NCBI GenBank assembly: GCA_964545425.1
Contig: CAZJGQ010000001.1
Coordinates: forward strand, 1-57,986
Length of the DNA: 57,986 nt
Source: an uncultured Chthoniobacter sp.
GTDB lineage: Bacteria; Verrucomicrobiota; Verrucomicrobiia; Chthoniobacterales; JACTMZ01
Direction: 5' to 3'
Shown here: piece after piece, positions 37,349-46,464 of the stretch
Numbering within the stretch: the first letter of the stretch is position 1
Layout: every line of letters starts with the position of its first letter
Notes under the pieces: generated by a model
The model's input: only the letters and a program-made list of their open reading frames with translations
Told to the model about the DNA's origin: nothing
The model's database searches: none
Translations under genes and position numbers: made by a program

Positions 37349-38014
37349 TTATTCTGCGGCAATGGCAGCATCCAAACCGACAGAATCGCCGGCGTAACCA
37401 TCACCGCCATTCCCGACGTAAAAGGCAACGAACTCCCCGGCATCCAGTTTTACCGACCCCTCATAATCTTTTTGCCCGCTTTCGGTATCTTGGCGATTAA
37501 TGAGAGCGGGCTTCATCAGATCCTCTGGGGGACCGGATTCCTTGTATCGGACAATCCCAACGGACTTCAGCCCCGTCTCTCCCGATGCGAGAAAGGTGGC
37601 TTTGACCTTGTAAGTCCCGGCCTCCGGCGCCTGCCAGCGGACGACAGCAAAGCTGGTGTCGCTCGGATGCACGAAAAGGAAAGGTGGCATGGGAGGTGCA
37701 CCGGGATACCAGGCCGCGTTAGCTCGGGCGACGCAGGGTTCAGGCGCTCCAGGATTGGCGTGCTTGAAAAGCGGCCCGCCGGTCGGGATTTCCAATTCGA
37801 CATTGTCATCAGTAAACGCAGTAAACGCAGCCACACCGTTTGGCTGGCTCGTCGATGCGCTGCCGTAACTCCAAGCGTTCGGCGTGGTGGGCCCCGGAAA
37901 ATTGGCGCCCTTGCTCCAAAAGTCATCGAAAGCGTTCCACGTTTGGCCCGCGGAGGCGAATGATACTGTGGCGAAGAGGATAGCGAAAAGAAGGGATGAG
38001 GATCGGGAGAACAT
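37349..38014 (-). CDS. secreted protein (221 aa) with a distant copy of the 'WNA(Y/F)(N/D)DF' domain, no PEP-CTERM
   Basis: The ATG at 38014 gives MFSRSSSLLFAILFATVSFASAGQTWNAFDDFW.... The later blocks WQAPEAGTY and GEFVAFYVGN...GDSVGL are collinear with the PEP-CTERM paralogs. The upstream part of the track ORF was rejected. Confidence 0.6.
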   Translation of the reverse strand: MFSRSSSLLFAILFATVSFASAGQTWNAFDDFWSKGANFPGPTTPNAWSYGSASTSQPNGVAAFTAFTDDNVELEIPTGGPLFKHANPGAPEPCVARANAAWYPGAPPMPPFLFVHPSDTSFAVVRWQAPEAGTYKVKATFLASGETGLKSVGIVRYKESGPPEDLMKPALINRQDTESGQKDYEGSVKLDAGEFVAFYVGNGGDGYAGDSVGLDAAIAAE

Positions 38015-38263
38015 AGAAGCGAAAGCTAAGTCGAATCCCGAGCGCCCGACACCTTTTTCTGGCGTTTTTTTGCCTATATTAGAAGCCAGTGGCGCTTCGA
38101 TTCTTTCGTCTCGGCGACCGGGAAAACCGAAGAATATGTCGGCAAAAGAGGCAGTTAGACTCGCGCTGGCCTGCCAGAATGCTTTGCAACAAGCCATGGA
38201 CTGCCCCCCTCCCCTGCCATTGCGGAATCCATCTTCTTCCGAAGACAGGAAGGCCACGCGCAA

Positions 38264-39055
38264 ATGAGGATTGTCCGGTGCTCGAAGGGTGAGGACGCCG
38301 CTTTTCACGGCGTGCTGGAGGACGGCTTGGTCGACCGCATCGACGGCAACATCTTCGGAGAGTGGCGACGCAGCGGGGACCGCGTGCGATTGGCCGATCT
38401 TCGTGTTCACGCGCCTCTAACTCCTCCGAACCTATTGTGTCTGGGGAAAAATTACCGCTCGTTTCCCGGCGATGACAACCCCTCCTACCCCAAACAACCC
38501 CTCCTCTTCATCAAGTCCACCTCGAGTGTGATAGGACCGGGCGAGCCGATCGTTCTGCCGGAGATGGCCCCCTCCGAAGTCTACTTCGAAGCTGAACTCG
38601 CTGTAGTCATTGGCAAGAAAGCGCGGAATGTTTCGCCGTCCTCCGTCTGCGATTTCGTGTTTGGTTACGTGGTGGCCAATGACGTTGGAGCAAAAGATTG
38701 CCAATCGGCCGACGGTCAATGGGCGCGGGCCAAATCCTTCGACTCGTTTTGCCCTCTCGGTCCGTGGATAGAAACGGAGCTAGATCCGGCAAACTGTCGC
38801 GTAGCATCAAAGGTCAATTGCGTGCCCGTTCAGGAATCCACGACATCGCTCATGATTTTCGACGTGGCGACAACGATTAGTTTTCTTTCCCGATGCATGA
38901 CTTTGCAGCCCGGCACCGTCCTGTGCATGGGCTCACCGGCAGCGCTGGCCGAACCGCGACCGTTTCTGCGTGATGGAGACAGCGTCGAGGTGGAAGTCGA
39001 AGGAATAGGAACTCTCGCTAACCCCGTCCTGATGTCATCAGCCTGCAAAGTTTGA
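38264..39055 (+). CDS. fumarylacetoacetate hydrolase (FAH) family protein
   Basis: FAH-fold blocks: LGKNY, FIKSTSSVIGPGEPI, EAELAVVIGK, GYVVANDV, KSFDSFCPLGPW and PGTVLCMG. Confidence 0.85.
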   Translation: MRIVRCSKGEDAAFHGVLEDGLVDRIDGNIFGEWRRSGDRVRLADLRVHAPLTPPNLLCLGKNYRSFPGDDNPSYPKQPLLFIKSTSSVIGPGEPIVLPEMAPSEVYFEAELAVVIGKKARNVSPSSVCDFVFGYVVANDVGAKDCQSADGQWARAKSFDSFCPLGPWIETELDPANCRVASKVNCVPVQESTTSLMIFDVATTISFLSRCMTLQPGTVLCMGSPAALAEPRPFLRDGDSVEVEVEGIGTLANPVLMSSACKV

Positions 39056-39077
39056 AATAACCCAACCCATAAGAACC

Positions 39078-39728
39078 ATGTCCAAGAAAACCGAAGTCCT
39101 CAACCGGATGCACTCCACCGGCGTCGTGGCGGTCATTCGTGCCGACCAACCGGATGACCTTATCGAAGTGGCACGCGCCTTGGCGCGAGGCGGCGTGACC
39201 TTGATCGAAATCACCCTGACCGTGCCCAAGGCGCTTCAGGTAATCGAGAGGGCTGTCGACCAACTTAAGGACGAGGTGTTGATCGGCGCCGGAACGGTCC
39301 TCGATGCAGCTACCGCCAGCGCCGCAATTCTCGCCGGCGCCGCATACATCGTTTCGCCGGCCGTCCGGCCCGATGTGATCGCAACCTGCCGCCGCCACGG
39401 TGTCGCGTGCATGCCCGGGGCAATGACTCCGACCGAAGTTCTCCAAGCGTGGGAACTCGGCGGTGACGTGGTGAAAATCTTTCCGGCCGGAGTCGGCGGC
39501 CCAGGCTTCTTCAAAGATCTCAAAGGGCCGTTCCCCGAAATCGAATTGATGCCGACCGGCATGGTCAATCGCGAAACTGCACCACAATTTATCAAGGCGG
39601 GTGCGTGCGCTGTGGGCGTGGGAAGTGAGCTAGCCGGAAAGCCGATGATTGCCGCGCGCGAATTCGACAAGATCACCGAGAACGCCAGGGCGTTCATCGC
39701 AATCGTGAGTCAAAGCCGGACCAAGTAA
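39078..39728 (+). CDS. eda: 2-dehydro-3-deoxy-phosphogluconate / 4-hydroxy-2-oxoglutarate aldolase
   Basis: GVVAVIR, GGVTLIEITL, GAGTVL, PGAMTPTE and VKIFPA (Schiff-base Lys context). Confidence 0.9.
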   Translation: MSKKTEVLNRMHSTGVVAVIRADQPDDLIEVARALARGGVTLIEITLTVPKALQVIERAVDQLKDEVLIGAGTVLDAATASAAILAGAAYIVSPAVRPDVIATCRRHGVACMPGAMTPTEVLQAWELGGDVVKIFPAGVGGPGFFKDLKGPFPEIELMPTGMVNRETAPQFIKAGACAVGVGSELAGKPMIAAREFDKITENARAFIAIVSQSRTK

Positions 39729-39738
39729 CAACAACGCC

Positions 39739-40770
39739 ATGAATCGGAAAAAAAGGGCCGTCTTCTTCGGGGAACTCTTGATGCGTCTGGGCACAAAGCG
39801 CTTCGAGCGTTTCGTGCAGGCCACCGATTTCGAGGTCGGCTACACCGGAGCGGAAGCCAATGCCGCGGTCTCCGTGGCCAACTTCGGTCTCGATGCCTTC
39901 GTAGTCTCCGCCGTTCCCGCCACGGAAATCGGCCAAGCCTGCATTAACAAGATCCGCGAGTTCGGGGTAAACACCGATCACGTTCTCCGGCAAGGAGGAC
40001 GGTTGGGAACGTTTTACCTTGAGACGGGCGCGTCGCAGCGCCCATCGAAAGTCATCTACGACCGGGCCGGAAGCTCGATCACGGAGCTGAAACCGGGCGA
40101 CATTCTCTGGGATGCCGTGTTCGAGGGAAAGGACTGGTTCCACTGGTCGGGAACTGCTCCCGCACTGAGTGATTCGATGGCCGAGGTCACCGCGGAGGCT
40201 TGCGAGGCGGCGAAGAAACACGGGCTCACCGTCAGCTGCGATCTCAATTACCGGGCGAAGCTCTGGAGTCCGGAGAAAGCGCGCCGCGTTATGACCGGTT
40301 TGGTCAAGCACGTGGATGTGCTGATCGGCAACGAGGAAGACACCGCATTGGTTTTGGGAGTCGAGGCCAAGGGAGTGGACGTGCACGCCGGTTCGCTAGA
40401 CTCGGAACGTTATGCGGAAGTTGCCCGCCTAATGCATGAACGGTTCGGCTTCCGCTACGTGGCCACTACCTTGCGCAAAAGTATCAATGCGTCGGAAAAC
40501 GGCTGGTCGTGTCTTCTTTCCGACGGCAAAGACTGCTGGCTGAGCCGTTCCTACACCATGCGTATCGTGGACCGCGTCGGCGGGGGAGATTCTTTCTCTG
40601 GCGGCCTGATCTATGCCTTGCTCAGCGGCCAGAGCGGAAAGGAAGCCATCGAATTCGCCGCAGCGGCATCGTGCCTGAAACACAGCATCCACGGAGACTT
40701 GAACCATGTCTCCGTGGCCGAGGTGATGGCACTGGTCGGAGGCTCGGGCTCGGGACGCATCGAGCGCTAA
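39739..40770 (+). CDS. kdgK: PfkB-family sugar kinase (2-dehydro-3-deoxygluconokinase-like)
   Basis: PfkB signatures (GGAEANAAV-like 'TGAEANAAV', DRVGGGDSFSGGLIY). It lies directly downstream of eda. Confidence 0.8.
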   Translation: MNRKKRAVFFGELLMRLGTKRFERFVQATDFEVGYTGAEANAAVSVANFGLDAFVVSAVPATEIGQACINKIREFGVNTDHVLRQGGRLGTFYLETGASQRPSKVIYDRAGSSITELKPGDILWDAVFEGKDWFHWSGTAPALSDSMAEVTAEACEAAKKHGLTVSCDLNYRAKLWSPEKARRVMTGLVKHVDVLIGNEEDTALVLGVEAKGVDVHAGSLDSERYAEVARLMHERFGFRYVATTLRKSINASENGWSCLLSDGKDCWLSRSYTMRIVDRVGGGDSFSGGLIYALLSGQSGKEAIEFAAAASCLKHSIHGDLNHVSVAEVMALVGGSGSGRIER

Positions 40771-40835
40771 GGATAATCGCCAACATCTTGTGCGCGGGAC
40801 TACCCCTGCTCCGAGTGCGCGGCTCGCCTTGCCGG

Positions 40836-42923
40836 TCAGGAACCCTTTTTATTGAGAACGAATAGAGCCGACTGAGGCTGATGCGGGAGATCGACCGGCA
40901 GCCCATCTTCCATCAACGCGGCTCCGGTCATGCGCACCGGATTTTGCGGATCATCGAGATCTCTCACTTCGTAATCCGCCCCTGCATCCAGACCTTTCAA
41001 GCGCAGCTTGTAGCCCTCGGGCATTGCCGCTTGGCTGCGGCGGAAGACTTGCACCACGGCTCTGCCCGCATCCGGACGGTGATACATCCACGCGGCGAGA
41101 TCTTCCTCGGAAATACTCCACTCGGTAAGCGGATAAAAATCTCCTTCGTAGATGTCGCGTAGTTCATTGACCGTCCCCATTAGCGCCTTCCATCGCTCCC
41201 AGTCCGCCTTGTCGGTGCTGTGCCAATTCAGATTGGCGCAGAACATCGCGCCCAGACCGCTGCGAAACCTATACGGGTCATCCGACACGGTCCCGATGCC
41301 CGTGTGCGGAGTCCACGGTGCGTGACCGGTTGTTTTCGCCTGGTCCGGGGCAGGTTCCCACCAGGCACCATCGGCCCGCGTCAGGTTCATGGCCCGCCGC
41401 ATCACCTCGAAGTCGATCCGGCTGCCGGTCCCGGAGCAGATGTCGAGCTTGAGCCCCGGATTGTTAGCCACGAGTTTATCCCAGAACTTGTAGAGACCCA
41501 TCACGTGCTTTGTTTCCCGCATTCCGACGCGGGCTGGCGGCTCGTTGTTCTGCCAGTAAAGGGCAGTGTGCAAGTTGCTATCCATCCGGAAAATGGAAAC
41601 TCCCTGCTCGCGCACGAAATCCGAAAAATATTGTTCCGCCCAAGCGAGCGCCTCGGGATTTCCGAAATCCAAAAGCCGGAAATTGTTGGCCGCCTGATAG
41701 CTTCGTTCGGGCAAGAAATCAGCCGGCTCAAGCAACCATTCCGGATGCGTCTCGTAGAGCCATGTCTTCGGCATCACCCTCTCGGGCTCGAACCAAACGA
41801 GAAAGTCCATCCCATGCTGTTTTGCGGCGTCCGCCACCGGGCGCAAGCCGCGCGGAAAGCGCACCGGATCCGGCTCCCATGTGCCGGTTGTCTTGTCCCA
41901 ACCGCTCGGTTCGTCCGGACAGGTATACCAACCGGCATCCAGCCAGAAGTTGTCCACCGGCACCCCGTGGGATGCGACATTTTGGATGCATGCCAGCAGA
42001 TTGGCTTCGCTTGAGTGCTCGAACCGGATGATGCCGTGCGGGCCCGCGGAAATCGGGGGCACGATCGTTTTTCCGCCGATGCGTGGCGTGTAATGTTCAA
42101 GCAACAGCCTGCGGAACTGGTTCTGCCCGTCATCACGGTCTGCTCCTTGCCAAGTCATTACCAAGACGGCGGGTGTCCTGATCTCTTCGCCAGGGGCAAG
42201 GCTCGCGCGCATTCGCTTGATACCAGCGGTCACGATCAGATCACCGGAGCTCTCGCGCTGGAAACGTGCCGACCATTGTCCTGTCCAACCGATCGCGAAA
42301 AACACGCCGGCCTTTTTCTCGGGCCCAGACAAATTGAAGAACGGCATAACCATGTCGGAAGGCCTTCCGCCGTAAGGCTCGAACTGGCGCTGGTCACCGG
42401 GCTGGAGATCCACCTCGGCCGGCTGGAACTCGTCGCGACCGGGCAGCGGAGTCGCCTCGATATTTGTCCCGCGGTTGTAAAACAACACTGCCTTCATGTC
42501 TTCCGGCATCGGCAGATCCGCATCAAGCGCTCGGATATCCTCGATCAGAGGACTCCAATATTGCACGTCATTCCGGAACCAAAGCACCCACTCGACCGCC
42601 GGAAAGTCGAGGTAGATGACCGCCTCCACTCTCAAGGAGAGACCGGTTGACGGATCGGTGAACAGCCACGTAACGCCCTTCCGCCGATCACCCAAATCCT
42701 TGGTTTGAACCGAGCGTTTCCACTGCGGCAGGAAATTGCGGGACGTTTCGCCGTCATAGCGGAAGGAAAAAGGCAATTCCTCTACGCGGTCGCCAAGGAA
42801 CGCCGAGGTCCACCTCTCCAGCGTAGTCCATTCCTGTGGCGATGAGCCCAAGACCACTGACGGGACACAAATCGCCGACAAAGCCAGCACTAAGAGAACG
42901 GAGTGAAGCGGAGATTGTCTCAT
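40836..42923 (-). CDS. secreted GH36-like (clan GH-D) alpha-galactosidase, 695 aa
   Basis: It has a signal peptide. The blocks NFWLDAGWY, FRMDSN and CSGTGSRID are collinear with 34545..37283. Confidence 0.75.
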   Translation of the reverse strand: MRQSPLHSVLLVLALSAICVPSVVLGSSPQEWTTLERWTSAFLGDRVEELPFSFRYDGETSRNFLPQWKRSVQTKDLGDRRKGVTWLFTDPSTGLSLRVEAVIYLDFPAVEWVLWFRNDVQYWSPLIEDIRALDADLPMPEDMKAVLFYNRGTNIEATPLPGRDEFQPAEVDLQPGDQRQFEPYGGRPSDMVMPFFNLSGPEKKAGVFFAIGWTGQWSARFQRESSGDLIVTAGIKRMRASLAPGEEIRTPAVLVMTWQGADRDDGQNQFRRLLLEHYTPRIGGKTIVPPISAGPHGIIRFEHSSEANLLACIQNVASHGVPVDNFWLDAGWYTCPDEPSGWDKTTGTWEPDPVRFPRGLRPVADAAKQHGMDFLVWFEPERVMPKTWLYETHPEWLLEPADFLPERSYQAANNFRLLDFGNPEALAWAEQYFSDFVREQGVSIFRMDSNLHTALYWQNNEPPARVGMRETKHVMGLYKFWDKLVANNPGLKLDICSGTGSRIDFEVMRRAMNLTRADGAWWEPAPDQAKTTGHAPWTPHTGIGTVSDDPYRFRSGLGAMFCANLNWHSTDKADWERWKALMGTVNELRDIYEGDFYPLTEWSISEEDLAAWMYHRPDAGRAVVQVFRRSQAAMPEGYKLRLKGLDAGADYEVRDLDDPQNPVRMTGAALMEDGLPVDLPHQPQSALFVLNKKGS

Positions 42924-42945
42924 CGTGCCCCTGTCTTTTCGCCGA

Positions 42946-43902
42946 TTACCGGCGCCGACGCAAAGAACGCTTCACGCGCCCGGGTTGTGGGCGGTGGTTC
43001 TGGCGTGCGTATTTGGAGGGGGTTTGGCCCATGATCGCGCGGAAGGTCGAGTTGAAATGGCTGAGGCTCTCGAAGCCGACGCCTAACGCGACTTCCGTCA
43101 CATTCATTTTGCCTTCGCAGAGCAGGAGCGCCGCGCGGTGTGTGCGGTAAATCTGCAGATACTTGACCCACGGCATGCCGACCGCCCGCCGGAAGACAAG
43201 TTTAAGCCGGGTCTCGCTGATGCCCGCCGCTTGGGCCACATCGGCAGCGTATACCTGATCGGCATAGTTCTCGCGGAGATAGCGCAGGGCCTGCACGACC
43301 GGGCGCCAGTCGACGTCCGAATTTTCCTCACCCAACTTTGCCCCGCGGGAAGCCTCCCACCGCATGAGCCGGACAATCTCGCTGAAAAGTATGGCGCCGA
43401 CCCGCAATTCCCATCCGAAGCCGCGGCTGCGAAACTCCTCGTGAATCCCGCTCAGGCCGCGGACCAGAGCGCGGTGCACGTCGTGAGGCAGGCGCACCAG
43501 ACGTTCGGCCAGAGTGCGCGGAGCCGAAAAACGACGCAAGATGCTGACACTGACTTGGGGATTGCAGAATTCGAGGAGGGCCGAGGGAAGAAAGTAAACT
43601 GTGATCGCACGGTGCGGGTATTTGGTCACTTTGCCCCAATGGGGCACGCCGGGCCCGAGCAACAAAACATCGTTGACCGTGCGCCGCGTTTCCTCGCCTT
43701 CCACCATGACGATTCCCTCGCCTTTGAGCGCAACATTGATTTCGCAGTAAGGGTGGCGAGCAGGACCGGGCGCCTCCGCGGCGGTTTTCTGCTCGAAAAA
43801 TTTGACGAAAATCGGCGCGGCGTCGCTCAAGCGCGGCCCCAACTCGTCGGCTTCCATCAGCCAAGCGAGCTTTTGCGGATTTGTCCTTTTTGCCTTGATC
43901 AC
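42946..43902 (-). CDS. AraC family transcriptional regulator (paralog of 22552..23529)
   Basis: The C-terminal dual HTH is VYAADVAQAAGISETRLKLVFRR...VTEVALGVGFESLSHFNSTFRAIMGQTPSKY. Confidence 0.85.
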   Translation of the reverse strand: MIKAKRTNPQKLAWLMEADELGPRLSDAAPIFVKFFEQKTAAEAPGPARHPYCEINVALKGEGIVMVEGEETRRTVNDVLLLGPGVPHWGKVTKYPHRAITVYFLPSALLEFCNPQVSVSILRRFSAPRTLAERLVRLPHDVHRALVRGLSGIHEEFRSRGFGWELRVGAILFSEIVRLMRWEASRGAKLGEENSDVDWRPVVQALRYLRENYADQVYAADVAQAAGISETRLKLVFRRAVGMPWVKYLQIYRTHRAALLLCEGKMNVTEVALGVGFESLSHFNSTFRAIMGQTPSKYARQNHRPQPGRVKRSLRRRR

Positions 43903-43938
43903 AATTTCGTCAAAAAATCGAAAGACACGGCAAGCTCG

Positions 43939-45012
43939 TCACATGCGGAAGTTGTTTCCGGCCACGAGCCGACGCGCGATCGCCAAGATACGGTCTTTCG
44001 GACCGCGGTAAGCCCAAACTTGCGCTAGGTCTTGGCACGAACTAAGCCCGGTGCCGGCGCCGATCCCCGGAATGTGATACTCCAACTCGCTGAACGCCCC
44101 GAGACCACTGCAGACATTACACGCCTGCACGGCGAAACCCCGCCAATCCGGATCATTCCACGGCACGTCGACATACTCGCCGGACGGATTCACCCCGAAG
44201 TTGCGGACGACTAACGACCAATCATTGTCCGCTCCGTGGATATAGGCAGCGCGACCGGCCATGACGGCGGCACGGAAGCTCAGCTTGTGCTCGCCGCGTT
44301 GGTCCATGCGATAGCGGATCAAACGATCGCCGATTCGCACGGCGGATTTCGGGATGCGACCCACTGTGCTGAAAATATGCAGCGGCTCCGACCTCGAGAA
44401 CGTGGGAAGAACTAAATCACCGCCATGTGGCATCTGGATGAGGTTCCAGAGCCCGAGCTGCGCGCCCGCCGGCACCCGGCCGCCGGCGAAAGCGAGCGAG
44501 GTGGACTGGGCGTAGCCACCATACGAGACACCTTTCAAATCCATATCGCGTTCGTAGCGCAACGGATCCGGCGAAGGTCCGAATGACTTCACGATCTTCA
44601 AGTCGACCTTGCGACCGGAGCGCGCGATACGAAGCGTCAGCTTGTTCTCCAAAAATAGGGACCCGTTCTTCCTCACCACGCGGTAATTCCCGGGGTCCAA
44701 GGAGCGCGGCTGGTTATAGGCGGTGAGGTCGGGAAACTTCGGAAGGAAGACATCGACCTCGGGCGCCAACCACGTGCGGTCTCCTCCCGAATTATGCCAA
44801 GCCGCACCGGCGAAAAACGCCTTGGCCGATGCAACGGAATCCAGCGCCGGATTGGTCCAATAGAAATTTTCCTCGCTGCCCGCCGCGAAAACGCCGAGCA
44901 AACGGCCTCCGTGGGGCAAGACGAGTAACCGTGTCCCGTCGCGGAACGCGAGCGTCTCCGGATGACGGCCGGCGCCCCGAAGCACTTTTTGCAGATCGCG
45001 CAGCCCGTTCAT
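43939..45012 (-). CDS. conserved protein of unknown function, 357 aa (paralog of 30272..31351)
   Basis: See 30272..31351. It heads a minus-strand unit of unknown-AraC-GH36. Confidence 0.7.
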   Translation of the reverse strand: MNGLRDLQKVLRGAGRHPETLAFRDGTRLLVLPHGGRLLGVFAAGSEENFYWTNPALDSVASAKAFFAGAAWHNSGGDRTWLAPEVDVFLPKFPDLTAYNQPRSLDPGNYRVVRKNGSLFLENKLTLRIARSGRKVDLKIVKSFGPSPDPLRYERDMDLKGVSYGGYAQSTSLAFAGGRVPAGAQLGLWNLIQMPHGGDLVLPTFSRSEPLHIFSTVGRIPKSAVRIGDRLIRYRMDQRGEHKLSFRAAVMAGRAAYIHGADNDWSLVVRNFGVNPSGEYVDVPWNDPDWRGFAVQACNVCSGLGAFSELEYHIPGIGAGTGLSSCQDLAQVWAYRGPKDRILAIARRLVAGNNFRM

Positions 45013-45229
45013 TCAGAATGGAAATTCTAAAGTAATTTCGCGTCCGATAGCAGCGTACAACACGGTGACGACTGCACGTTCGGCGGCCGGTCTTTGCTGG
45101 TCGGACATGGAGCGCAGGGGGTTCGATGCGAGACGAAACGATCCACGTTTTTCGCCCGTTGCGCCTCTGCTTTCCTCTATTTTTCCCCCTTTTTTCGTCT
45201 GGCTGCCCAATTCCCAAATCGCGTGCGCC

Positions 45230-46447
45230 TCAGGCCTCAGGAACATTGGCCAGCAATACGATGGAAGGAGTCTCCACACCCCGCCGCACTTCCTGCAGGA
45301 AGCGCGCGGCAGGCGCGCCGTCCACCACCCGGTGATCGAAAGTCAGACTCAGCCGCATCATGTCACGGAAGACAATCGAGCCTCCTTCTCCCTCGGTCGG
45401 CTCGCGGAAAATGGATCCGATGCCAAGCACGGCGGTCTCGGGATAATTGATGATGGGCGTGAACGACTCGATGTCGAAACTGCCCAGGCTGGTAATGGTG
45501 AAGTTTCCGCCTTGCAGGTTCTGCGGGGAAATACGACGGGATCGCGCACTTTCGATCAGTTCGCGCGATGTACGCGAGACGGCGGCGAGCGGCAAGTTAC
45601 CGACGTCCTTGATCACCGGAACAAGCAATCCCTGCTCGGTATCCACGGCCAAACCGATGTTGAAAGAGTCCGGCATGAAAATTTCATCGTTTTCCCAGCG
45701 CGCCGCGAGCATGGGGTGTTTGGCCAGGGCGCGCGCCACGACCTTGGCGATGATGTCGTTGTATGAAGGCACTCCGTCACCACCCAAGGCTTCCTTGAGT
45801 TCGCGTCGGAGCAAAACGAGGCGCGAGGCATCGCACCGCGCATGCAGGGTGACCGGAGCAGTAGATTGTTTGCTTTGCATCATGCGTGCCGCGATGATGC
45901 GTCGCAGGTTAGCCACCGGCTGACCGCCCACGCCCGGCGAGCGGACCTCCACCGCCATGACATCCCTCTCGCGGATGCGTCCGCCGGCGCCACCGGGTTC
46001 AACGCGGGACAAGTCGACTCCGCGGTTTTTTGCCGCACGACGTGCACGCGGACTGACCGGAGTTTCCGTGGAAACTGCAGCAAGGGGGGGTGCCGAAGGC
46101 GCCTGCACAGCAACGGGCTGTGGCGCGGCCTGATCGTCCGCGACACTTTTAGGGGTCTCGGCAACCACGGCACTGGTCGCACCAACGGCCGGCGGCTTTT
46201 CCCCGGGCGCGAGAAGATAACCCAAAACGCGGCCAACTTTGGTCACCTCGCCGGACTGCGGCGCATTGGCGGGAATGTGGAGGATTCCGCTGTCTGTGGC
46301 TTCCACTTCCTGCGCCGCCTTGTCGGTCTCCAGCACGAAAAGCGGATCGCCCGACTTAACTTCCTCGCCCTCGTTTTTCAGCCACGACTGGAAGACGCCC
46401 TCTTCCATCGACCAGCCGAGTCTCGGCAACGTAATTTCGATCGCCAT
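45230..46447 (-). CDS. 2-oxoacid dehydrogenase E2 (dihydrolipoamide acyltransferase)
   Basis: It has an N-terminal lipoyl domain (LETDKA), a peripheral subunit-binding domain (SPRARRAAKNRGVDLSRV) and a catalytic domain with DHRVVDG. Confidence 0.9.
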   Translation of the reverse strand: MAIEITLPRLGWSMEEGVFQSWLKNEGEEVKSGDPLFVLETDKAAQEVEATDSGILHIPANAPQSGEVTKVGRVLGYLLAPGEKPPAVGATSAVVAETPKSVADDQAAPQPVAVQAPSAPPLAAVSTETPVSPRARRAAKNRGVDLSRVEPGGAGGRIRERDVMAVEVRSPGVGGQPVANLRRIIAARMMQSKQSTAPVTLHARCDASRLVLLRRELKEALGGDGVPSYNDIIAKVVARALAKHPMLAARWENDEIFMPDSFNIGLAVDTEQGLLVPVIKDVGNLPLAAVSRTSRELIESARSRRISPQNLQGGNFTITSLGSFDIESFTPIINYPETAVLGIGSIFREPTEGEGGSIVFRDMMRLSLTFDHRVVDGAPAARFLQEVRRGVETPSIVLLANVPEA

Positions 46448-46464
46448 ACGTCGTAGTTCTTAGC

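Noticed and set aside
38015-38410. 132-aa upstream extension of the 221-aa secreted protein ORF
   Set aside because: The signal peptide begins at the ATG at 38014. The extension also runs across the divergent promoter region and overlaps the start of the FAH gene at 38264.
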